Below are positions 37,319 to 48,901 of a stretch of 64,000 nt of DNA, in pieces. The notes beneath the pieces are model-generated. The model did no database searches and was not told where the DNA came from. It was given only the letters and a program-made list of their open reading frames with translations. Both the position numbers and the translations under genes were made by a program. The stretch lies in NCBI RefSeq assembly GCF_018977255.1, contig NW_024704743.1, forward strand, positions 106,890,001-106,954,000. The letters are read 5' to 3'. The stretch comes from Callorhinchus milii (taxonomy: Eukaryota). Within the stretch, counting starts at the first letter, position 1; each line of letters begins with the position of its first letter.

Positions 37319-39489
37319 GTTGTTTTCTCCATAGAATTCCTGTACATCAACTAGGCACCTCAAACCCGAAATCTCACCACAGCCCAAGTACACTCACACC
37401 ACATTAGCACGTAACTTGCAAAGCCCTTTGAGCCGTCCTACCAATGTGAAAGTTGCTGTATCAAATGTAAGGATTATTATTATTATTGTTACCTCTCAAC
37501 CGTGTGATGGAAACGGGATTCCTGGGAGCAAACACTCTTTAACATCTCGTTGGGTGCTTTTCCTAGGAGCCAGCTGGCGGTTATTGAAAGAATTGCTTTT
37601 TTAAGAAGAAGGCTTTCTATCCACAGTTTCCATATGTGGTTAAGACGTATTACATTGAGTTACATAATGTTACACAGAGTGATGCTGTATGGAAACAGGC
37701 CATTTAGCCCAACTCATCCACCCTTGTGCCATGAGCCACATGAGCCCACAAACCTCCTATTCCCCTCTCCTATACCGATCATTCTGTTGGTACACTGGTA
37801 TAATTTTTAATTCGCTGTATTTTGACACTTTGAGAATTTGTTTTACAATCAAAACTTTCTGTAAAAAGTTGGCAAATTAGTTTAGATTGTTTGCGGTTTT
37901 ATTTATTGCAAGTAACTGAAATACGGTTCCAATAGTGTAGGTTTGGAAAAACTTGCAAAGCTGGTTTATATCTGCATATTTCCAGCATGGTTAGGGCAAG
38001 CCTGGCATTTTGGTTACAAATGTCCAATGCAGTTTTTTTAGGGAGAAATTCCACTGGATCCAGATTTACTCGATTTATGTAGTATATCAGAGCATACATA
38101 ATTTGACACATCGTTGAATCCAGTTTGAAATTGAAGCTGGTTTTAATGTAGTTTTTAAAATAACTTCAGAAACCTAATTTCAAAATTAAGACTGTTTGAG
38201 AATTTTCCAAGACCACCCTGAAATGGTACAAAAATGAGAATAATTCTAGACCCAGATTTCTTCCCACCAGAATTTATCCCCACCAGAATTTGGCAAATTG
38301 TTGGAATTCAGACTTAACTTTGAAGTCAAGTTTTCTGTAGATCTTAAAAGAAATGAAAAGAAAAACAGCTTCAAAATGAAGAATTTAACAAATTCAAGCT
38401 GCTCTAAAATGCCTCTTAAATAGGATGGAATTCCTTCCCCACAGTACCAAGTTTATTGTATGTATATGTTTCTATATTAAAGCTCTAAAGTATTTTTGAG
38501 GGCTACTGTCTGTTCTACGTTGGTAATGAATGTGATGGGTAGTGTCTATTGGCAATGATGCTCCCATATAAATGATGGCAAATTAATCCTAGCTGGGCCG
38601 TGCTCCTTGTCTGGGTGAACGGCTTCATGTAAATGAAATGGCAGATTCACAGCCACTGGAGGTGAAAAGAGTCTATTCATTTGACACTGCTATTTGCACT
38701 TGTGTAATAAAACATTGCAAGCACTTATTAAGTCGGCATTTATTTCCTATTCATGCAATTGTTGAGGAAAGCTTGCCGCTGTTTGTCATTTTGAATGGAT
38801 TTATTCACTCTGACTTGTAGACGTGTGTATTCCGTCAGACAACATATTGCAAATGACTGTAATTAGATTAGCAGGCTGTTTGCCAGAGGTGATGGTGCTG
38901 ACATAGAATAGAGCATGTGCAGGATACTGCAGGTGTCTTCTTTCACAAGGAGCTGATGTCAGCACTGGACAAGTTGAAAGCTTTAACATAGCAGCTGTAA
39001 TCTCAATGCTGCAATAGAAAGAATCCTAGATGTGGCAACAAATCCTTGGGATCAAAGCAACAATGAAGTGGACTTTCATATTTTCAGTTTGGAATGAGGC
39101 TAGTGCACCAGGCGGCTGTTTTATATCAAGGACCTTCAGCACAGGGTGATTTACCTTTTCTCTTTGTGTTCTATTCAGTGTATTTTGCATGACAAATGCA
39201 TTTGTTGTTTGTTCCAAATTTGATATTGCTTTAGGTGATAGCGCTGTGCTCCAGTGCGAAAACTGTCACAGCAGATGTGCTACATTATTATTGTGACATG
39301 AATTAGCTTACAAGAACTTATTCTGTGACCGTGGTGTATTGACGTGTTCACTCCTTACTGTGAGTGAGTGTGCATGTGTGTGCTTGCGGGTGAGTATGTG
39401 TGCGCTGTGACTGAGATTGGTTGTGCTTTGACAGGATATTACGTTATGTGATTGCACAAGGCCTGCAAGCTTTGGTTAAAAATCTATCC

Positions 39490-41344
39490 ATCATCAGTCT
39501 GTCATTGCATTGCATCTTTTGCTCCCCTCTCTTCCCCAACCGTCTCATACTCACGCAAATCACCTTGGTACACCAGCCATCTCCGTTCCCTTAAAGCCCA
39601 GGTGCATTCCGCTGAGCGCACCTGGCTTAAATCAAACCTAACTGTCCACCGGCAGATTTGGCTGACCATGTCAAATCCTCTGCCCTCACCTCCACTGAAT
39701 CATTGTTCTACTCCAAGACAATCTTGGAGGCTAAGGACAACCCCAGGCTTCTCTTCTCCATCATGAACCGACTCCTCCGCCCACCCCCTCACATCTCACC
39801 CATCCTCATCTCAAAAGCCAACTGCGAGGCGATGCTGGACTTCCTCAGATCCAAAGTCGAGGGAATCCACTCAGCTGCCTCTGCCACTGCATCTGCTAAC
39901 CTCTCCCCATCTCCTTCTCCCACCCCAGCTCCTTCACACCTTTGAACCCGTCTCCCCGTCCTCTCTCATCACCACCATAACCCGAATGAAACCCACCACC
40001 TGCTCCCTCAACCCCATCCCTCCTTACCTCCCAGCTCCACCTGCTTGCCCCTCTACTCACTGACATCGTTAACCTCTCTCCCTGTCCTCCAGTACTGTTC
40101 CCGCCCTTTAAAAACCGTTTCATCACTCCTATCTTTAAAAAAAATCCTCCCTGGATCCTTCTCTACTCCCAAACTATTGCCCCATCTCCAACTTCCCCTT
40201 CCTCTTCAAGGTCCTGGAACAAGTTGTTGCTTCGCTTCTTCCTCTCCCACCGCTCCCTTCTCAAACTCCTCCAATTGAGCTTCCATGCCACCCTCAGCAC
40301 AGAATCCCCCTGGTCAAAGTGACAAATGACATTCTGTCCATCAGCGACCAGGGCTCCCTCTGCCTCTTCGTCCTCCTTGACCTCTCTGCTGCTTTCGACA
40401 CCGTCGACCACTTTGTCCTCATCCCCCGCCTCTCCTCTCACCTCAACCTCCACGGCGCTGTCCTTGATTAGTTCAGATCATACCTCTCACACCGTCTGCA
40501 CTTCATCTCTTCAAACGGCTTCTCCTCTCACACCAGGACCGTCTTGTGCGGCGTTCCTCAGGGCTCTGTCCTTGGTCCCCTCCTCTTCAACATCTATATG
40601 CTCCCTCTTGGTGACATCACCCGCAGACATGGGATGACACCCAACTCTACCTCTCTGCCTCCACCCTTGACTCCAGGAACACTGCTGTGCTGACAGAATG
40701 TCTGTCAGACATCAAGTCCTGGATGAGAGCTAACTTTCTTCAGTTGAACGTCAAGAAGACCGAGGCTCTCCTGATTGGCTCCCGTCAGCGCCTCCTCAAC
40801 TCAGGCGCTGACAGTATCACCATCCATGGTTGCACACTCCACCTTACTAAGCCAGTCCGGAACCTTGGCGTCTTGTTTGACCCTCAGCTATCCTTTCTAC
40901 CCCACATCTGCGCCATGATCTGCTCTGACTTCCCCCACCTCCGCAACGTTGCCCGGCTCTGACACTGTCTCACACCGCAGGCCACCGAAACCCTCATACA
41001 AGCTTTCATTACATCAAAGCTCGACTATGCAAACTCACTGCTTGTCGGCCTCCCCAACTCCTCCTTCCACAGGCTGCAGATCATCCAGAACTCTGCAGCC
41101 CATGTCCTCTCCTGCACTAGGCTCTGCGACCCCATCACCCCCTCCCTTGCCACCTTCAAGACCCACCTCAAGACCCTCCTCTTCGGCCGTGCTTTCAATC
41201 TCCCTGCTTCCCCCCCCCCCCCCCCCCACCCTGCTCTTCCCCCACCCCGACCCTCAGCTCGGGTCCGTAACTCTAGTCTGTCCAGCGACTTGGGACGTCC
41301 TCCTGATGTGAAAGGTGCTATACAAATGTAATTTTGTTGTTGTT
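39490..41344 (+). mobile_element. Longest L2 LINE copy: inactivated ORF2 (tether, RT, C-terminus) and 3'UTR
   Basis: Fragments [70 protein letters not shown]; multiple frameshifts; tail aaatgtaattttgttgttgtt. Confidence 0.95.
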
Positions 41345-41889
41345 TGAGGTGCTATTTGCCATGTGCGTTATTCAGAGTGGGAATGGCAATCTATCTGTTT
41401 TCAGTTTTCCTTTAAGGAACGGTTTTGCTTGGGCAGATTTGCAAATCGATTCAGCAAAATCACAGAATCCTCTCAAAGGCATTGAATTTGGCCCATGGTC
41501 TTAACCGTACTTGGATGATGTACTGAAAAGATTTCTCATTTTACTGTTGTAAGAATGAAATAGTATGAAGACTCTGCTCCCTGTGTTGTATTTTTATCTT
41601 TCTAGGGGAAATGTACCATTTGTATTTTGTAATGGACACAACCTTTTACTGATGCTAATTAGTGCCTTTTTATAATAAAACAAATTAGAGGTTTCATGGA
41701 TTGAACAGCACATACATGGGCCATTCAATCCTACAGAGCTGTGCGAACTAAGATTAGATTTTACATGAGCCTTCACCCATGCTAGTGCCTGCCTCCGTAC
41801 CCCTCTATTCCTTCCTCTCTAATGAATGCATCGACTTTCCTCTTAATGTACATAGTGATGTGTACTGAATACAGTACCTCATATACAGG

Positions 41890-42292
41890 GTGTCAGCCTG
41901 GCTCAGTCAATAGCATTCTCATGTATGAATCAGAAATTTGTGGGTTCAAGTCTCACGTTGGGATTGGATACCACAAGGGGTGCTGTATATGGGATGAGAT
42001 GTTAAACCGAAGTCCTGTGTGCTTGTTTAGGTGGATTTTAAAGACCTCATAGCGTTACTCAAAAAGAGAAGGGTGTTTCTACCAGTGTCATGGCGAATAA
42101 TACACCAGCTAAAAATTGGTCAGCCACATCCTGACTGTTTGTGGGATGTTGCTGTGCGCAAATTGGTTGCCACTTTCACTACAAAAGTATATGGTCACTA
42201 CACTTTACCAGTAAAGCAAATTCTGCAAAGTGTTTTGAGACATTTCAAACCATGTGTTAAGGCCCCAATGTCAAATGTTAGGATAATTATTG
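41890..42292 (+). mobile_element. Old Deu-domain SINE, near full length
   Basis: gggtgtcagcctggctcagtcaatagcattctc head; gggatgagatgttaaaccga; gctgtgcgcaaattggttgcc; tail. Confidence 0.85.
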
Positions 42293-42857
42293 TAGGTTTC
42301 CAAATGGCTGCTTTTGATTCTATTGTTGAGACAAAAATAGTAAAATGCTGGTAAGCATTCAGACTGTCAGACTGAGTTAATAATGAGCTGGCATCACTGG
42401 AAAGGAGCTAACAATTCGAAAGCTTTCACACAGCGTTGGGTAGTCAGCCAAACTTTCAGCAACCCTTTCAAAGTACTCTCAGAAAGAGATTTGCTGAATA
42501 CATTAAAAAAAAGCACTTGGAGAAATTTTACAATTCGTATCGTATAATTGTGGCCGAGTTTTTTTAAAACAAGGATAAGATTGTAAATATTTTATTGTTA
42601 AAAATAATTATATTCCTTACATTTGATATAGTGCCTTTCATGTCATCGATACATCTCAAAACATTTCACAGGAAGTACTGTGAAGTGGAACAAGGATTGT
42701 GTACCTTGTGGGTGAATTTTCTCATATTTCCTGTTTGCTTATAATCTCTTTGGTTAAATTGAATTTCACCTTAATTTTATTAAACAAATTGTGTTTTTGA
42801 GGCACAAAGTATCACCTAGTCTTAGGTGTAGTTCATTCTGCCTTTACAATGTAATGT

Positions 42858-42972
42858 TGCACAGAATTGTGGAAAAAATCTTCAATTCCGGCCTTAATTT
42901 CGAGGCCTGGTCTTTTAGGGAGAAAGTTTCTGAATTAAGACTGAATTGAAGAATTTTCCACATTTCTCTGCA
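42858..42972. mobile_element. Palindromic MITE-like element (non-autonomous DNA transposon relic)
   Basis: Arm tgcacagaattgtggaaaaaatcttcaattccggccttaatt pairs with aattaagactgaattgaagaattttccacatttctctgca; related arms at ~38170-38215, ~49960-50010, ~52680-52800. Confidence 0.65.
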
Positions 42973-43118
42973 TGATCTTAAATTTTAAGATGAAATGGTC
43001 TTAATGGCTAATTAAGACCATTAAGGTGATATTTTTGATTTTGTTTCTTTCCAAAGAAAGAAAATCTGCTCACTTCTTCAGTCAGCAAGCTACCTATTCT
43101 GAACATCATGCATCTAGT

Positions 43119-43836
43119 TATAATAATAATCCTTGCCTTCGATATAGCACCTTTCAGGTCAAAAGGACATCTCAAAGTGCTTGACACATCATACTATAAA
43201 GTGCATTAATAGTATGTTTTGTAGATGAATATATCAGCCAATTTGTGTACAGTGATGTGCCACAAATAGTTATGAAGTGAATGACCAATTTTGACCAATT
43301 TGAATGGCATCATGGTATCTTTAATGACCATCTGAATAAGCAGATGATGATAATAATGATAATAATAATAATAATCCTTTCATTTGATATAGAGCTTCTA
43401 GACGTCTCAAAGCGCTTCACAGTAACTGTAACGTGAATTGACTGTATATTTGTAGGCAAAATGCGGCAGCCAATTGCACACAGCAGTGTCCCACAAACAG
43501 TCGTAGATTGAAGTGACCAAATTATTATTGGGTTTTTTTCTTGAGGAATTATTATCAGGCATGTGGAGTAAGGAAACTTGCCCAAGGTTTCACCCCGCCG
43601 GGAATCAACCCGAGGTATCTCGCTTGCGAGGCGAGTGCTCTAACCATTGAGCTACAGGACTCCACAAATGGGACCTTGGTTTAATGTTTTATTCAAGAAC
43701 TTCAACAGTGCAAAGCTCCCTCACTGTTATATTGAAGTGGAGGTCTGGACTGTTAATTCAAAGTCCTCACATGGGGCTTGAACCCACAACCTTCTAACTC
43801 AGAGGCGAGTTTGCCACCAACTGAGCCAGGCTGATA
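43119..43836 (-). mobile_element. Old Deu-domain SINE interrupted by a young SINE
   Basis: 3' half 43119-43346 and 5' half 43664-43836 are contiguous parts of the family sequence. Confidence 0.85.
43347..43663 (-). mobile_element. Full-length young tRNA-derived SINE (nested)
   Basis: Head ggagtcctgtagctcaatggttagagcactcgcctcgcaagcgag on the minus strand; (ATT)n tail. Confidence 0.9.
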
Positions 43837-46312
43837 TTTAAAACCAGTATTTGTGTGTACTTTTGCAGTGCTATTGTTCTGGGAAAGTAAATGGCTGGCT
43901 GTTGCTGTCACGGTGAATGCTTGTCTGTCACATTTTTATGTGGCACAATTACGCACCTTTATAAAAACAAGCTGCATGTGAAAGTTTTCCATGCAGGGCA
44001 TCTTGTCACAGCAATATTTTTGACGGGTGGCTGAATGATAAGGGCACGTATAATGAGAAGTGGCCACTAAGCCCATCTCTATAATCCAGATTACTGCCAT
44101 TGTATTTCACATTTTAAAAGAAATGTTCTTACTTTCATTCAATCGTTCCATTCAAACTCCAATCTGGAAATGATTGCTCCTCTGTAATATCAGCCACTTG
44201 AGAAACCCTCTCTCTTAAAAGAACTTTTTTTTAGTAACTATGATATACAATTGTAAAAATAAGTTTGTTTGGTCCATTGAGGGAAGGTTATTCATGTGAC
44301 TACCTTAGGCTTTCATATCTTTCCTAGTTCTACATTAAAAAGAAGAACTTGTTGATCTCTATTCATTTTTGTAACTTTTTTTATTCAATGCTTCCTATGC
44401 TATTAGTTGCTGTTTTGTGAGATACGTTTCTGACAACATACATAGCTGAAGAGCTTCCCAATGTGTACTGGTATTTTACAGTCCTCCTCACAGTGAATCA
44501 TTCTCCCTACTCCAGCAAAACCTTCTCCATCAATTCAAAGCTTAAAGGACTAGGTTTCAATGAAAATAAATATTGGGTTTGTATTCCTTTCATTGAGTGA
44601 ATTCTGAAGCACGTTTTAGCTATTTTGATCTCTGACTGAATAGAAGCACAGTGTTGATTTAGAACATTTTTATATCCCATTGAACATGCTTTACTCGAAG
44701 GGGATAATGTCAATCACCAGCAATGGATTTAAGATCATTAATCTTTTCACACAACATTACATGCGTGATCTGGGAAAGGTAAATTAGATGCAACATTTCA
44801 AGGTAATATTTTCACTCATAATGCAAAGAAGAGGAATATTAAAGGGTATGAGGAGAAATCAGGAGTGGGATATCAGCGCAGAATTGTTGGGCCACATGGC
44901 CTGGTATCCGCATTACTCTAATATTCCATAATATGGTCTGACATGGTGTTTTTGTGGAGCAGAGTTGGTCCACGGGAATTGTAAGTTATCCTTTAAGAAA
45001 TACAACTTGGACTCCATTGTCATCAATGTGTGCCTGAGGACACAATACAATACAAATTTACATTTATAATTGTGCCTTTCATGTTGGGAGAACATTGCAT
45101 TACAGTCCTGGCTTGATACCTGAGCCAGGGGATGGAACCAAAGGGAATGGAGTATTATTACTCTACATCTGATCCTTTCAAAGAGGATTCAGACTGCACA
45201 TGCTCTTTTGCAAACCATCTATGTGCTGCTTCTCTTCCCTGTTAATATCTGTTAATTTACTGTGCTCTATGAGCAGCAAAAAAAAACGACCCAATGTGCA
45301 AATTCTTGTTGGTTTAATGTTTAAAGAGAAAATTAGTCTTCATGCCAGGGATTGATTTTAATGTGCATCCAGTTACAGATAACAGTGACCCAATAGTGCC
45401 ATCCCCTGGGTGGCAACCCTGCACTGTGCAATAAACTTAAGGGAATGTTGTAAAAGAGATTAAAATTGTCTTGGGAAAGTCATGGCAAATGATTGTCGTG
45501 ACTGCTACACAGCTCTTCCTGCGGTGGGCTGGGTGTTTTGTCTCGTCCTATTTAACGTTCTTTGCTTCCAATCCAACAGAAGAAAATTGACCAGAGAGAT
45601 TTACTAGCTGAGATGCTGAAGTTTGAGATATCTGCACCATTGCGTAAATTGACAGTTAGCCTCATTCTACAGATAGTACAGAGTTGAGACTGAGTCAGGA
45701 GAATCTGTCTCCCTTTTGATATTTGCTGAGACTGGTGAGCCCTTTCCAGATCAAGAAGACTTCCTGTTGAGTAAAGATTTCAGAGCTACCATTCCCGAGG
45801 CAATAACAGAAAGTGCTGTGTTTGTGATTTAATTGGGAGACATGAACTGTTCAATGTTTTGTGTTAGGAAGTGATTGAGAAGGGATTACAGTTGGTCAGG
45901 AAACCCTCCCCGTCCCGTGAGACCACCGCTTGACTCTTTTAGAAGAGTTTATAGCCCGGGAGGGAGATGTTGGAGATGCAGTCAATGAGTAAGGAAGCAA
46001 TGAAATAATCCTTGCACTTGAGGAAGACTTTGTGTCGCCAGAAAACTCTTGTAATTTGATGATGGGATCGTTCCATCAATGGGCGCCCAGCCGGCATTAT
46101 CAAGCACTCTTGAGATGTCTTCCCGACATGAAAGGCACTAAATAAATGTAAATTTTTATTGTAAATCAGATCATAAGTTTTGATAAACACAGTAAAGCCT
46201 TCAGATCATATCTTGCCACGCAGATCCAGAGGGAGGCATAGTAATGTTTCTGTATGTTATCTACAAGGTTGGAAACTTAGCACTAACTGGAAGACAACCA
46301 CCCAAGTGTGTA

Positions 46313-46560
46313 AATAATAATCCTTGCATTTGATAAAGCAATTTATCATGTTGTCAAGACATCTCAAAGCTTCACAGGATATACTGTAAAGTGGTTTGAC
46401 TTTGTATTTTGTGGGCAAAAAGCGACAGCCATTTTGCACTCAGCAATGTCCCACAAACAGCCGTGGAGTGAGTGCCTTTTTTTGATTTGGGGATTGTTGG
46501 CTGCGAGAAACTCTTTTTTCGAATAGTGCCATGGGATTTTTAATATCCAGCTGAACAACT
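46313..46560 (-). mobile_element. SINE 3' half
   Basis: taataatccttgcatttgata...cagcaatgtcccacaaacagcc...gaatagtgccatgggattttta. Confidence 0.85.
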
Positions 46561-47699
46561 AAGGGCTCAAGACAATTCCCCAATAAATAGAACAAGGAAC
46601 TATAAAGGGTTTCAAAAATGAACTGCACAAGTTCTTGGACATTCAAAGGATTCAGTATTAGTAGATGGGATGGATCGAAGGAATCCTTTGGGGAGTTGAA
46701 TAGGCAGACTAATGGACCAGTGGTTTATCTATATATGTATATATAATATAATATATTATATTATAGATACATAAAGCACCATTAATATTTTTGAAAAATC
46801 AAATATATTGTCATTAGAACCTTTAATAACAGTTTGTTGGATCTCAAGGCTTTTTTTCACACCTCAGATATATTAAAAGAAACCAATGGGAAATCACTCT
46901 GTACACAAATGCTTCCCGTGAGAGCTTGGAACGCTTGATCTCTGTTTTTAATTCATAATTTTCAGACAATAGCCAATTGCCGAGGCCAGCCTACTTCACG
47001 ACTGGCGAAACACATTAATCGCTTTATGACCACTATTGGAAAGCCAGATTGATCAATAAAAAGTAACAAATGCTATTGATCTGAGGATGAATTTTGTTGT
47101 TAATGATGGGAATTGACTGCAGTTGATGAAAATATGACTGTCCAAATATGGATAACTAGCCAATTGTTTCAGTCTTTTCTGAGTGTCTCAAAGCTTTTCT
47201 CTCGTGCTTTCTCTTATTTAAAAATTTGCTAGCCCAAACAATTTTGCTCCAATTTTCTCCCTCGACTATCCTGAAGGCATTTTCCTTCAACTTGGATGGG
47301 GCTCCAAGGCTGACTTCCGGTACTTGTCTTAAGTGTCCATTATGTGAGTGACGCTATGTGAGTGTTGACAAGCTGATCAACTGTGCCAATTTTTCCTGGC
47401 TGGAGCACCTCCTTTCCTGAAGAACTCTGGGATGCTACCCCATGTGAAGGGCACTATATAAATGCATGTTGTTGTTGTAGCTTGCAGCACCATACCTGTT
47501 TATGCTGGCCAGTGGTGCAGCATTTGAATGGACCTTCCCCCAAACCATGGTAGTTTCTGTGTTGCTTTGAGACATCCTCCCGACATGAAAGGTGCTATAT
47601 AAATGCAAATTGTATTGTATTTGGTGCTGTGTCAGTGTAAACACGATGACATTTAGTCTTTTCCTAAAGCAAAATTTGTGGACTAAATGTATCTTATTT

Positions 47700-47757
47700 G
47701 GGCAGTATTGGGTTTCCGTGCCGCCCACAGCACAGAAACAGCTCTGGTCAAAGTGAT
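47700..47757 (+). mobile_element. Tiny L2 RT fragment
   Basis: gggtttccgtgccgcccacagcacagaaacagctctggtcaaagtg encodes GFRAAHSTETALVKV. Confidence 0.75.
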
Positions 47758-48808
47758 AAGTTTAAAGTTACTTAAGGTCTCCTCCTGGCTGCTAAGGCTC
47801 ATTAGAAGTCTGTGAGGGAGTGAACAAGAACGTCCATTTGCATTTACTAGCTGGCCTCTGAGCTGCTTTGATCTGATATGGAGGTTAGGAAGCGATGGGC
47901 AGGTCTTTAGACAAGACTCTGCACTTAGTGATACTGCCTGACTTAAGAATGATGTTGATCTGAAGTTATTAAACACTTTGTGTCATTTGATAGATCCAGT
48001 ATTTGTGACACTCTACTTGCAGTTTAATATTCACTAAATTGAAAGTGATGGGATTTACCAGCTGCAGTGGAAACCCATTATAAAGCTGTTTCGCTTACAA
48101 GGCAGGTGATCTGAGGATCCGCACTTGACTTTGGGGGGGCAGACCAGCCAGCTTTCCACACAACGATATGGCTGACTTCTGGGGGCATCGTGGAACCTGC
48201 AGGAAATTATGTTGGCAGCAACCTGATGACCCAGAAGTCAGTAGATTTAACACAGGCCGAATTTATAAGTCCTGCTGGAATTTTATCGAATCGCTTAGCT
48301 ACTGGCTTAGCATGGAGAAACAGTTTGAATTTTTAAATTTTTAACAGCCACCTGACCAGGCAAACGAGATCTCAGTCTCTTCCTGAAGGACAGCATCTCC
48401 AATAATGCAGCACACTTCCAGCACAGCACTGGGGCATCAGTTTAGACTTAGATAAACTCAACGTTCGATGTAACCTTTCCTAACTTGTAAATTGAATTAA
48501 AGCTTGAAGATATGATAATTCAAGTGTTTGGTTTACAAAGAACCTCTTTGATATATTAAACAAAACCTTTGGTATCAGTAATTACTCGCTGAGATGTTGC
48601 GTGTCAAACATGGGTATTGAAGCTTGATTGCATGAAGAAATTATTTGGTATTTGCAGACTGTCAGAATCTGCAGTACAATATTTTACCAAAAATATTTTA
48701 CTAATATTTTAAATTTCATGGAAACAGGAGACCGTTTGTAATTCTGCTCAGGACTTGTTTGTTACTGCTGTATCCTTCATGAGAACCCTTTTTTGTCTTG
48801 TTCTTCAG

Positions 48809-48901
48809 ATCAGATCTCTCCTAAAGATCTCAACACATCCAGTGACGCAGTGAAGACAAAGTGCACCTGCCAAACGGCTCTCAGGAGTTAATCACCTTCT
48901 G
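48809..48901 (+). other. Candidate 93-nt internal non-coding (5'UTR) exon
   Basis: Acceptor cttttttgtcttgttcttcag| and donor CTG|GTGAGT; stops in all three frames, no ATG. Confidence 0.6.

Noticed and set aside
45900..45975. Minus-strand NISLPGYKLF resembling a LINE endonuclease motif
   Set aside because: Too short and immediately stopped; cannot be assigned confidently.
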